Positions 36,412 through 45,095 of a stretch of DNA of 64,000 nucleotides are shown here, piece by piece. Source of the DNA: a virus. Where the stretch lies: positions 6,317-70,316 of IMG/VR virus record IMGVR_UViG_3300048592_001404. The stretch is one strand, 5' to 3'. Under the pieces are notes generated by a model. That model had not been told where the DNA came from and made no database searches. It was given only the letters and a program-made list of their open reading frames with translations. Every line of letters starts with the position of its first letter. Within the stretch, counting starts at the first letter, position 1. Position numbers and translations under genes: made by a program.

Positions 36412-37175
36412 TGGGCCAGGCTCCAGCAACGGTTGGCGTAAGGGCACATGCGGCACTCGAAATGGTCGCGCTCGCGCGCCACGCGCGGCAGCAGCTCGCC
36501 ACCATCGGTGGCGCGGAGGATACTCACCGCCCGGTCGCTCATCCGCTGCGCCAGTTCGGCATTGAACGGCACAAGCTCGTGGTGCAGCTCGGCGGTGTCC
36601 TTGTTGATGGCGGTGAACAGCGCAGGGTTGGAGGCAAGCCCCGGAATGCTGGCATCCATGTAGGCCTGATACAGCGCAATCTGGGCGGCGTAGATGGGCT
36701 TCGCCGCGGCAACACCGGACTTTACCGTTTCGCGCCAGTTCTTCGCATTCATGGTCTTGCATTCCCACAGCGCGGGAACGCCGAGCTTCAGCGCCTCCGG
36801 CGCAGTAGCAATGATGCCGTCGGCATGGCCCCGGATGCGCCCGCTGGCCACCGAGAAGCCGAACTGCTGGCCTTCCGGATCGTTGCCCTTGCGGGTGTAG
36901 AGATCGATGCCGGCGGCGCGGAGCCAGCGGATAGCAAGGTCCTCGAGCGCATGGCCGATGGCGAAGATGCGCAGGGTACGCCCGGAGAAATCCGCGCCTT
37001 CGTCCTTCGGCGCCTGGGCGAACTCGAACTGCAGGGCGCGCTCGCAGGCGTGCCCGACACGCGAGCCGCCCAGATAGTCGCGCGGCACCCTCGTGGCGTT
37101 TTCAGAGGTGAGCGCGGCGTCAACCTCATTGTTGAGTAATTCCGCGAAACTGCGCGTATGATTATAGTCCAGCAT
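36408..37175 (-). CDS. PD-(D/E)XK Cas4-like exonuclease
   Basis: RDYLGGS..GHACER...GHADG...WECKT...Y.AQ..LY...CRMCPY...C. Confidence 0.85.
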   Translation of the reverse strand: MLDYNHTRSFAELLNNEVDAALTSENATRVPRDYLGGSRVGHACERALQFEFAQAPKDEGADFSGRTLRIFAIGHALEDLAIRWLRAAGIDLYTRKGNDPEGQQFGFSVASGRIRGHADGIIATAPEALKLGVPALWECKTMNAKNWRETVKSGVAAAKPIYAAQIALYQAYMDASIPGLASNPALFTAINKDTAELHHELVPFNAELAQRMSDRAVSILRATDGGELLPRVARERDHFECRMCPYANRCWSLAQ

Positions 37176-37591
37176 CAGAAGGGCACCTCGGTGGATTGCT
37201 TGTTGGCGGCGGCGATGTCGCGCATCGCATCCTGAAAGCCGCCGACGGCGGCCTCCATGAGGGTGAGAACCTGCTGTTCGGAGAGATCGGAGAGGCGGGT
37301 GTTCCAGCCGATCTCCTCCATGATCTCCGCCGCCATCGTCATGGCGTGACGCAGGGCGGATTTTTCCTCCTCGGTGAGATCAACCATGGCGAAGGATCTC
37401 CTGGCGCGTTCCCAGAAGAAGGTCTGGCAGGCCATGGAGCAGAACCAAGTGGACGGGCGCGGCCTGCTCACCCGCTGCGGCTCCTGCCAGCCGAAGCCAT
37501 GTGTCGGACTGCTGCAGACGGCGCAGAGCAAGAAGCGCGGCTGCCAGCGGACGAAGCGCTCGCGGACGGTGACGGGTGATGCGTGTGACAT
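37175..37591 (-). CDS. DUF6511-like protein with N-terminal Cys motif
   Basis: CAVC...FCSMACQ then MVDLTEEEKSA...MEEIGW...EVPF; start uncertain. Confidence 0.7.
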   Translation of the reverse strand: MSHASPVTVRERFVRWQPRFLLCAVCSSPTHGFGWQEPQRVSRPRPSTWFCSMACQTFFWERARRSFAMVDLTEEEKSALRHAMTMAAEIMEEIGWNTRLSDLSEQQVLTLMEAAVGGFQDAMRDIAAANKQSTEVPF

Positions 37592-37603
37592 GAAACTCCC
37601 CCA

Positions 37604-39286
37604 TCACGCTGCCGCCGCGAGGCTGGCGCCCTTCGCCTCCGCGATGCGGCTACGAATGGCGTGGAGGTTGAACTTCAGGCTCAGCATGGCGGAGGCCTGA
37701 TAGCGGGTCAGGCTGTAATCCATGCGGCAGGCCGGGGGCAGATACGCAAGCTGCTTGCCCGTCGCGGGCTGGTTCAGCCACCCTTTGGTCTTGTGTGCGG
37801 ACTCGTCTGTCTCATTGGTGTTGAGCCAGTCGTCGGCCGCGGCGAGGCAGGTAATGTTCTCGCCGACACCGAGGAGCAAGGCGGTCTGGTTCTTCGCGCC
37901 GCCAATGGCATAGAAGCGTCCGTCCTCGTTAAAGACGCCGGCCCAGGCCGTGAAGCCGGCGGCCATCATGGCCGAGCCGTCGCCCTGGACGTCGACCCAC
38001 TGGAAGCTGGAGCGTGCCAGCAGGTCGATCTCGGTCATCACGAAGTGTCCGAGCGCCTCAGGCCCGCGATCTTCCCGCTCGCTCTCCCAGACATGACCGC
38101 ACAGCGGGCATTCCATCACAGCGGCGGGAACTTCCGCTTCGCAGAACGGGCATGCCTTGGTCGGCGCGTCACCCGTGGCCTGGCGGCCATCCAGATCCAC
38201 ATCCTGCTCAAGAGAGCCGTGGATGAGGCTGGAGGTGCCGAAGTCGAGGATCACGCAGTCGGTCTTGACCACACCGGGGTATTCGTCCGGGTTCACGGTG
38301 CGCAGGCCACGGCCCACCATCTGGATCATGGTGGACTTGTAGGACGACGGCCGCAGCAGCACGACGCAGGAGGTCGGCGGATGGTCCCAGCCTTCCGTCA
38401 GCACCGCGACATTGGTGATGACCTGGATCTCGCCCCTGTCGTAGGCGGTAAGCGTCGCCTTGCGGTCCGTATCGCCCATGTCGCCATGGACCAGTGCCGC
38501 TGTCACCCCCGCAGCCTTGAAGGCGTCGGCCACGTTGCGGGCATGGTCGACGGTGGAGCAGAACACCACCGTCTGGCGGTTTCCGGCCTTCTCCTTCCAG
38601 TTCTCGATCACCGAGTCGGTGACCGGCGCCTTGTTCATGATGGCATCGACCTCGCCCATATCGAAGTCGGCAGCGACCCGGCGCACCTTGCGGAGCGCAT
38701 CCTGCACGCCAATATCCACCACGAAAGTGCGGGGCATCACGAGGTGACCGGAGGCGATGAGCTCGGCGATGCGAATCTGGTCGGCGACATTGTCGAAGAC
38801 GTCGCGAAGCCCTTGGCGGTCGCCCCGGTTCGGCGTGGCGGTGACTCCAAACACCTTGGCGGACGGGTTGAGCTTCAGGGTGCGGTCAATGATGCGGCGG
38901 TAACTGTCGGCCACCGCATGGTGCGCCTCATCGATCACGAGCAGGTCCAACACCGGCATAGTGTCAAGATTGGACGCGCGCGACAGGGTCGGGACCATGG
39001 CAAAGGTCGCCCGCCCGTCCCACGACTTTTCGTTCGCATCCATCACGGAGGTGGTGATGCCCGGATTGACGCGGGTGAACTTCGAGCGGTTCTGGTCCGT
39101 CAGCTCGTCACGGTGGGCGATGACGCAGGCCTTGGCATCCGGCTCCTTCAGGAGCTCTCCGGCCACGGCCGACAGCATGACGGTCTTGCCGGCCGCGGTC
39201 GGCGCGATGCCGAGCGTGTTGTTGCGGGTGCCGAGCGCAGACAGGCTGCGCTCGACGAAGAGTTTTTGGCGGGGACGGAGAATCAT
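37604..39286 (-). CDS. SF2 DEAD/DEAH helicase with Zn ribbon
   Basis: MILRPRQ, APTAAGKT, DEAHH, TATP, QMVGRGLR, CPFC/CPLC. Confidence 0.92.
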   Translation of the reverse strand: MILRPRQKLFVERSLSALGTRNNTLGIAPTAAGKTVMLSAVAGELLKEPDAKACVIAHRDELTDQNRSKFTRVNPGITTSVMDANEKSWDGRATFAMVPTLSRASNLDTMPVLDLLVIDEAHHAVADSYRRIIDRTLKLNPSAKVFGVTATPNRGDRQGLRDVFDNVADQIRIAELIASGHLVMPRTFVVDIGVQDALRKVRRVAADFDMGEVDAIMNKAPVTDSVIENWKEKAGNRQTVVFCSTVDHARNVADAFKAAGVTAALVHGDMGDTDRKATLTAYDRGEIQVITNVAVLTEGWDHPPTSCVVLLRPSSYKSTMIQMVGRGLRTVNPDEYPGVVKTDCVILDFGTSSLIHGSLEQDVDLDGRQATGDAPTKACPFCEAEVPAAVMECPLCGHVWESEREDRGPEALGHFVMTEIDLLARSSFQWVDVQGDGSAMMAAGFTAWAGVFNEDGRFYAIGGAKNQTALLLGVGENITCLAAADDWLNTNETDESAHKTKGWLNQPATGKQLAYLPPACRMDYSLTRYQASAMLSLKFNLHAIRSRIAEAKGASLAAAA

Positions 39287-39296
39287 AGCTGTTGTC

Positions 39297-39980
39297 TCAC
39301 TTCGCCCAGGTGGGGCGCACGCCAGTGGACGGCGCAGGCTCGGCCTGCTGCGGCGCGTAAGTCGGCGGCTGGGCCTGCGGTGCAGCGTAGACGTGCTGCT
39401 GCTGCGGAGGGGTATAGGCGGCCTGCTGGGGCGGTGCTGAATAGGCAGGCTGGGGCGCGGCATAGACCATGGGCACGGCCACGCCGCCCATCACGGACGC
39501 GTAGTCCTTGTGGTCACGCGTCACCGGCTGACGGATTTCGTTCTTGTCCTCGCCGTTGCTGTCCTTGCCGACGTCGATACGGGCCACGAACTCGATGCCA
39601 TCGAGATCGCCGAGGCCGGAGATCCGGCGGGCGTTCTGCGCCTCCGGCGAGTTGTCCTTGTCGGACAGCCCGCGCGCCGAGTTGAGCACGCCGCGCACGA
39701 AGCCGCGGCCCATGTTGCCCCAGCCCGGGCCGTTGGGGCTGTAAAGGCCGATCATCGACCAGACCTTGCGCTTGGCGTAGGGGCCTTCAAGCACCGTGTA
39801 TTCGACATCGAGATAGACGGAGCCCGTCGAACCGCGGCGAGCATAGCCGCCGGTCCAGCCCTGCGACGGATCGTCAAAGCCACCCGGACGGATGGTCAGG
39901 CGCACCTTGGCGATGGTGCCCTTTGGAATGAGGTTGGAGTTCTGCTTGGCGTCGTTGAAGTCGTTCCATGCACCGGTCAT
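39297..39980 (-). CDS. Phage single-stranded DNA-binding protein-like
   Basis: YTVLEGPYAKRKVW core, P/Q-rich linker, C-terminal RPTWAK; follows AAA_24 gene. Confidence 0.65.
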   Translation of the reverse strand: MTGAWNDFNDAKQNSNLIPKGTIAKVRLTIRPGGFDDPSQGWTGGYARRGSTGSVYLDVEYTVLEGPYAKRKVWSMIGLYSPNGPGWGNMGRGFVRGVLNSARGLSDKDNSPEAQNARRISGLGDLDGIEFVARIDVGKDSNGEDKNEIRQPVTRDHKDYASVMGGVAVPMVYAAPQPAYSAPPQQAAYTPPQQQHVYAAPQAQPPTYAPQQAEPAPSTGVRPTWAK

Positions 39981-39995
39981 GAGTGTTCTCCTGGA

Positions 39996-40892
39996 TCAGA
40001 TGTTGGACTTGGGGTGAGAGGCTGCAGCGGCCGGAGCGACAGGCGCCGGACGGCTGAAGACGAGGCGTTCGATGGGAGAGCGGCCGGGCTCGCCGATCTT
40101 GGCGATGAGGCGCCCGAGGTGGGCTTCCTCGATGACATCGAGGCGGCCCGAGCGATCTTTCGCAGGCAGGTTCAGGGCGTTCAGCGTCTGGCAGACGAAT
40201 ACGCGGTGAAGGACCGTCTGCTCGCCCCTTGTCTCCGCAACCTCCGTCATCGTCAGAACTTCATCGACGATGCCGGGCAGCTCCAAACCGGTCTTTGCGC
40301 CATCGATCTGCGGCACGTAGATCTTGCGGTTGAAGTCATCGAGCTTCTCGTCGAGGATGCCGACGAAGAAGACGTTCTTCACGCGCGTGTGCTGCAGGTG
40401 GGTGATCCAGCCGAGCATCTCGCGGCCATGCAGGCCATAGGCGCCACGGACGTCTTGTTTTCCCGTCTTCTCCGAAAAGGCTTCGGGCTGCTCCTTCGCC
40501 CAGTTGAAGCACAACCGCCCCGCTACCGTGATGGAGTCGATGAACACGGTTTCGTACTTGTCGAGCGCACGCGGGTCGCCGAACTTCGCGCAAGCCTCGT
40601 TGAAGTGACGCTGGCTGTAAGGACGCCCGTCGGGAATGGCGGGGTTCGGACCGCCGATGAACACCGCGAAGTCGCGGCATTCTTCCCAGGTGCGCGGGCG
40701 GATCGTGTCGCCGCTCCACCCCTCGATGGCGAGATCACCAGCTTCGAGGTCGAAGAACAACGTCGTCTCCGGCGGCAGCGTCCAGAGCAGAGAGGTTTTC
40801 CCAATTCCGCTCTTCCCGAAGATCACGGCCTTGATGCCGCGGCGCTCCGAGAGGCGCTGGTCGGCGAGGATGATGGGGAGCACGCCGGTCAT
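39996..40892 (-). CDS. AAA_24 / Sak4-like ATPase recombinase
   Basis: GKSGIGKT, FIDSIT, PAKDRSGRL. Confidence 0.85.
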   Translation of the reverse strand: MTGVLPIILADQRLSERRGIKAVIFGKSGIGKTSLLWTLPPETTLFFDLEAGDLAIEGWSGDTIRPRTWEECRDFAVFIGGPNPAIPDGRPYSQRHFNEACAKFGDPRALDKYETVFIDSITVAGRLCFNWAKEQPEAFSEKTGKQDVRGAYGLHGREMLGWITHLQHTRVKNVFFVGILDEKLDDFNRKIYVPQIDGAKTGLELPGIVDEVLTMTEVAETRGEQTVLHRVFVCQTLNALNLPAKDRSGRLDVIEEAHLGRLIAKIGEPGRSPIERLVFSRPAPVAPAAAASHPKSNI

Positions 40893-41368
40893 GCCGGTTC
40901 CTCACCGATCAGCTCAGCCTCAGCTCCATTGCCGGTCACTGCCGTGTAGAGCGCATCCAGGCGATTGGCCTCGGCAAGGCATTCCAGGCCCTTGCGCCGC
41001 ATGAAGCGTCGCGCATCGTCGAGAAGATCGGGCTCTGCAATGAGGTCCGGGACCGCGACGTATTCTTCAGCGCTTTCGACGAAATAGGACTTCGAGCGCA
41101 GATCGCTGACGAGGGGCGCAAAGGCGTCGCAGCGGTTGGCAAAATCCGTCTGGCGCTCCAGGTCCCGGCGGTTGCGCAGGATCCGCTTCACCTCGGAAAT
41201 GATCCCGGTGCGCAGCATCCGCATCGCCCCTTCCGCGCGGGCCTGCGAACAGGTCAGCGGGAAAGCAGCCTCCATGATGTCATCGGCGATTTTCGGGGCA
41301 TTGTTGCCAAGCTGGGACGCAACGTCCCAGACGCGCTCGGCAAATGCCGCTGATTGACTATCAAGCAT
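40889..41368 (-). CDS. Hypothetical protein
   Basis: MLDSQSAAFAERVWDVA..., AAGGAG RBS, coupled to neighbours. Confidence 0.75.
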   Translation of the reverse strand: MLDSQSAAFAERVWDVASQLGNNAPKIADDIMEAAFPLTCSQARAEGAMRMLRTGIISEVKRILRNRRDLERQTDFANRCDAFAPLVSDLRSKSYFVESAEEYVAVPDLIAEPDLLDDARRFMRRKGLECLAEANRLDALYTAVTGNGAEAELIGEEPA

Positions 41369-42134
41369 CGGACCACTCCTTGATTTTGATGAAACATTCC
41401 GCCCCCTGGGCGATGGCCTTGACGTCGAGGTGGTGAAACGGGCCCGCCCTGGCCTCGCGCATGCCTTCGTGAGCCAGCGCGAGATTGTCGTCCGTGGCCC
41501 ATTCGGCGAAGGCGCGGAACGTGCCGGTGACATGCTGCCAGGCTGCCTGTTCCGGCGTTGGCGGGACGTAGAGCGGGTTCCGGCGGCTGGGCTTGCGCTG
41601 GGGACGCAATCCCCGCATGGCCGCGTCGACGACCATCTTGCGCAGCGCCGCCCGCGTTGGTTCCTCGCCCCGGGCCAACTTTTCATTGAGCGTGCGGCGC
41701 ACGATACCCGGCTCCGTCTTCTCGGCATCGCGAATGAGGCGGGCCTCGTGGATCTCCTTGTGGGTGAGCCCCAGTTCAGCAGCTGTCGCTACTTTCTTCT
41801 CGTCGGGAAGAAGGTCTGTGCGCTGCCCTTGGGCCGAAGCAGTTCCGTTGATGCGGGCCTGGTCGTATTCATCTGCCAGACGCCGCTTCGCCTGTGATTC
41901 AATTGCAAGGGCATCCGCCTGGGCGCGGTGCGCGGCGGCGATCAGCTCATCATGGGCATGCTTCGCATTGGCAAGACGGGCGGCGCGTTTGGCGGCGTCA
42001 TACGCGAACGATGCAACATCCTTGGCCTCGAGCACTTCGGCGGCGGTGCGGGCATTGGCAAGCGCAGCGGCCGCATGGTCGACGAGCTGCAGAAGGCTGC
42101 ATGGCGGATGGTCGATTTTTGCGGGACCGCTCAT
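41361..42134 (-). CDS. Hypothetical helical DNA-binding-like protein
   Basis: 257 aa; GQRTDL and TAAELGLTHKEIHEAR HTH-like segment. Confidence 0.7.
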   Translation of the reverse strand: MSGPAKIDHPPCSLLQLVDHAAAALANARTAAEVLEAKDVASFAYDAAKRAARLANAKHAHDELIAAAHRAQADALAIESQAKRRLADEYDQARINGTASAQGQRTDLLPDEKKVATAAELGLTHKEIHEARLIRDAEKTEPGIVRRTLNEKLARGEEPTRAALRKMVVDAAMRGLRPQRKPSRRNPLYVPPTPEQAAWQHVTGTFRAFAEWATDDNLALAHEGMREARAGPFHHLDVKAIAQGAECFIKIKEWSDA

Positions 42135-42793
42135 GCGTCACCTGCGATCAGCTGGAAGGACTCCCTGCCCGTGCGGACCGTGCGCGCCGGTTCGAACACC
42201 CTGCGGATATGCGGCGGCCAGGCTGCGTACCTGCGCTCGGAAACCTTGAAGGTGATTTCCACGTAATGACGGGGGTCTTCGCCTTCAGTGGTGAGGAGTT
42301 CCACAACTCCGCTGAGGGCGTCCTGATCCCAATCGATTTTCTTCGCGAGGTCGGCCACGACCGTGACGCCGTTGTCGTCGAAGCGGACGGTTCCCGTGTC
42401 CTTGAGGCCGGCAGCGCGTGCTTGATGAACCCTCGCGGAGTAGCGCAGGGACAGCGCACCATCGAGCCATGCAGCCGCGAGCTTCGCCTTGCGCAGCGTC
42501 TCTTCCACCCCACGCTGAAGGCGGGCCAGTTCGCCGGCGGGAAGTGCGGCAATCTCACCGATGGGCGTCCGGACCAGGCGGTCCGGATTGTCGCCCGAGA
42601 GGTCAACAGCAGACGAGCCAGCGTCAGCCTCGCTGAAAAATACGGCCACGAGAGGGGTTCCGTCTGCGTGAGCGCCGGCGTCCTCGATCTGGCAGTTGCG
42701 GTGTTGCTCGAGAACTTCGGTCAATTCCCAGCGGCGGTAGAGGCCGGGGAGGCGCCGCGGCTCTCCGGAAAGGGGTTCGGGGGAAGGGTTCAT
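42131..42793 (-). CDS. Hypothetical early protein, first gene of replication operon
   Basis: KDTGTVRFDD...KKIDWDQ..L...KVSERRYAAWP. Confidence 0.75.
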   Translation of the reverse strand: MNPSPEPLSGEPRRLPGLYRRWELTEVLEQHRNCQIEDAGAHADGTPLVAVFFSEADAGSSAVDLSGDNPDRLVRTPIGEIAALPAGELARLQRGVEETLRKAKLAAAWLDGALSLRYSARVHQARAAGLKDTGTVRFDDNGVTVVADLAKKIDWDQDALSGVVELLTTEGEDPRHYVEITFKVSERRYAAWPPHIRRVFEPARTVRTGRESFQLIAGDA

Positions 42794-42832
42794 GTGGGCA
42801 GGCTTTCCAATTGAGTGGGACGCAACGGGGCG

Positions 42833-42872
42833 TCTGAATGGGAAAAGCCGGGCGGCCTCCCGGATCGGGACA
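42833..42872 (-). promoter_or_regulatory. Candidate phage-sigma promoter, copy 1 (replication operon)
   Basis: TGTCCC-N17-GGCTTTTCCCATTCAGA, 39 nt before ATG 42793. Confidence 0.7.
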
Positions 42873-42877
42873 CGTGC

Positions 42878-43600
42878 TCATGCATTTTTTTCCAGAGCCC
42901 GGCGGAGCCTCTGCGCCGCACGCTGGTAGCGCTTGCGGGCCGCACCTTCGGAGATGCCAAGTTCCACAGCGACTTCGGCCTGCATGAACCCCTCGACTGC
43001 GACCCGGATGACCAGGGAGGCCTCGTCTCCGATGAGCCTGCCCAAATCGGAATGCAGCAGGGCGGAGCTGAGTCGCTGGCCATCAGGTGCCCCGTCGTCC
43101 GGCAGATCGTCGGGAAAAGTGCTGGAGGTGACGCGCTGGCGCTGGGCCTCCCCGCGGCATGCGCGGACCATGTCGCGCTGAATATTTTTCAGGGCGGTGG
43201 CGGCAATCCAGTTCACGCGGCCGAGGTCGAGCCCGCGGAGGGTTTCCGTGGCGCGGGCAAGAATGTCGGAGGTGATTTCGGCGGGGGTGCCGATCCTGAG
43301 TCGGAGGGAACGCCGCCGGACGGCGTCGAGGCCCGGCCAGAGCGCGAGAAGCAGGACCGTGAGCGCAGTGTCTGTTTCAGGTCCGGTGCGATGAGCTTCC
43401 CGCACCAGTGCCTTGAGGCAATCATTCTTGCCGTCAGGACTTCCGGACTGGCGGTGCAGCGCATCAAGCAGGGCCGCCGGGTCACGGAACGGCGCGAGAG
43501 GCGAACAATTCCGGCGGATCAGGTCGAAGCGGCGCTGGAAGGTGAGTGTACGAGAGGAATGGAGAAGATTGTCATGGATCGCGTGCCACGCGAGAGACAT
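42878..43600 (-). CDS. Phage-encoded ECF/sigma70-like factor
   Basis: Region-4 HTH GFMQAEVAVELGISEGAARKRYQRA; region-2-like WIAATALKNIQRD. Confidence 0.75.
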   Translation of the reverse strand: MSLAWHAIHDNLLHSSRTLTFQRRFDLIRRNCSPLAPFRDPAALLDALHRQSGSPDGKNDCLKALVREAHRTGPETDTALTVLLLALWPGLDAVRRRSLRLRIGTPAEITSDILARATETLRGLDLGRVNWIAATALKNIQRDMVRACRGEAQRQRVTSSTFPDDLPDDGAPDGQRLSSALLHSDLGRLIGDEASLVIRVAVEGFMQAEVAVELGISEGAARKRYQRAAQRLRRALEKNA

Positions 43601-43668
43601 CGGACGCCTGCCTTGCGGCCAGGCGTCGGGCGCCTTGTCTTGGCCAGGTCAGGACGTCGCGCGTCTCT
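43593..43668 (-). promoter_or_regulatory. Structured 5' leader occluding the sigma start codon
   Basis: AGAGACG can pair with TGTCTCT spanning the start; inner GACGCCT-G-GCC-GCAA-GGC-AGGCGTC hairpin. Confidence 0.6.
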
Positions 43669-43698
43669 AGGGTTGTGGGGAGGAGGAGGAGTCGGGTG

Positions 43699-43941
43699 TC
43701 AGCGCCTCGGCGCTGACATCTTGTTCAGGCTGCCGCAGCCATGGCACTTTGCCGTGACCGGATAGGCGACCAAATATTCCTGGCAGCTCTTGATCCTGAT
43801 GTGCATCTCCTCGCCCTGGGGGATTCCAAGGAGCTTGCCACAACAATGGCAGCGCCATTCATCCCGCGCCGGCACGCGGCTCTGCCCTCCGGACTTGAAA
43901 CTGCGGCCGTAAGAATATTCGGCTCGGGTCGTCTGCTTCAT
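43699..43941 (-). CDS. Mu Com-like zinc-finger protein
   Basis: WRCHCCGKLL...TAKCHGCGSLN four-Cys pattern; AGGAG RBS. Confidence 0.72.
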   Translation of the reverse strand: MKQTTRAEYSYGRSFKSGGQSRVPARDEWRCHCCGKLLGIPQGEEMHIRIKSCQEYLVAYPVTAKCHGCGSLNKMSAPRR

Positions 43942-44051
43942 GCGCTACTCCTATGGGGGTGAAATGACGTAAGGGCGCGAGGAACCTGTCGGAGAAACAG
44001 CGTGGGCTGCTCCGTCAGGATCTCGACGTTTTGGGAAAGGGCTAGGAGGTC

Positions 44052-44573
44052 TTAGTCGGGGGTGACCGACTCAGGTTTGGGCTTCTTCTTCGGGCGCCAG
44101 CCGGGCGCACCCGCTTCTTGCTTCTTCTTGCGGGCGGTCTCTCGCGCCTCTTTGTAATCCGGCTCGATCGCAGCAAGCTTGTCGACCAAGCCCTGCAGGT
44201 CATAGGTATTGCTCAGGCGACCGCCGAACTCCCCATAGCGCTCATGGCGGGTGAGCAAGCCTTCCTGCTCGAGCTCAGTGAGGTAACGCTGAACCTGCCG
44301 TTCTCCGATTCCGAGGCGGCTGGAGAGCTCCTTCTTGCTGGGGTACGGCTTCCGGCCGGCGTCCCACCAGTGGTCGATGATCTGCAGAAGCACTGCGAGC
44401 TGCGTGGGATTGAGGTGCAGGCGGCGCTGCGCACGCAGCAGGAGCGACGGGATGGAACAATACCCGTGCGCAATCACCTTCGCCCCCCACTTCTCCGACA
44501 GCGGCGACTTGGCCTTCTTCTTCTGGCCATCGACCGCATCTGCTTGATTTTCGGCTTGATTCTGTTTGTCCAT
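44052..44573 (-). CDS. Winged-HTH protein (replication-initiator/DnaD-N-like)
   Basis: GYCSIPSLLL...YPSKKELSSRLGIGERQVQRYLTELEQEGLL...SNTYDL. Confidence 0.8.
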   Translation of the reverse strand: MDKQNQAENQADAVDGQKKKAKSPLSEKWGAKVIAHGYCSIPSLLLRAQRRLHLNPTQLAVLLQIIDHWWDAGRKPYPSKKELSSRLGIGERQVQRYLTELEQEGLLTRHERYGEFGGRLSNTYDLQGLVDKLAAIEPDYKEARETARKKKQEAGAPGWRPKKKPKPESVTPD

Positions 44574-44590
44574 AGTGGTCTCCTGAAGAC

Positions 44591-44686
44591 CTATTTGACG
44601 CTGCTTCGCGCTCGATACAAGGGCTCCCAGGGAGGCGGGTATGTCTGGGGGCAAGAGGTAATTGTGACCGGAAGGCCCAGTCGCAT
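44591..44686 (-). CDS. Putative 31-aa leader peptide
   Basis: AGGAGG RBS, MRLGLPVTITSCPQTYPPPWEPLYRARSSVK*, stop abuts hairpin over downstream RBS. Confidence 0.45.
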   Translation of the reverse strand: MRLGLPVTITSCPQTYPPPWEPLYRARSSVK

Positions 44687-44745
44687 GCGCCTCCTGAAGT
44701 AGGACGTAGCCAACCAGGTTAATTGGAAGTCGTATAACAAGGTAA

Positions 44746-44787
44746 GGCGGCCCCAGTCGTACGTGACTAGGGGGTCTCCTCTTTTTT
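44746..44787 (+). terminator. Plus-strand hairpin with T6, possible end of an antisense RNA
   Basis: CCCCAGTC-GTACGT-GACTAGGGG...TTTTTT, opposite to local gene direction. Confidence 0.45.
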
Positions 44788-44925
44788 GTGGAAATCGTCC
44801 ACAGCAGGTGGGTTCCCCGCAGCTTCCACGGCGCTCCCACACCTTGCAGGGACACTAGTTCCCGCCCGCTCCGGGCGGCATGGCAGGTCAGTTTGGTGCG
44901 GCCATGCTGAATTCGCGTCGATCAT
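44767..44925 (-). CDS. Possible 52-aa ORF
   Basis: CGGAGG RBS then MIDANSAWPHQTDLP...; no recognisable motif. Confidence 0.3.
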   Translation of the reverse strand: MIDANSAWPHQTDLPCRPERAGTSVPARCGSAVEAAGNPPAVDDFHKKEETP

Positions 44926-45095
44926 GATTCCTCCGTTCGTGTTGGAGACGGAGAATGGGCTTTGTGCCGGGCCGCCAAAAGGTCCGTCCCCCGGAGCTAG
45001 AACGTTCTCAGGCTGCGGCCGTACATCTTCCGCACATCACGTACGGTGTGCGCATGGGAAGTGGCGACGTACGATCTCCTGCGGAGACCGCAGTC

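Noticed and set aside
36408-37175. Cas4 as evidence of CRISPR-Cas
   Set aside because: Stand-alone phage exonuclease in a replication operon; no repeat-spacer array or other cas genes seen.
39297-39480. Low-complexity P/Q/A repeats as a DNA repeat element
   Set aside because: Encodes the flexible linker of the SSB-like protein.
45015-45075. Repeated CGTAC words as iterons
   Set aside because: Only three 5-mers with irregular spacing (20 and 28 bp).
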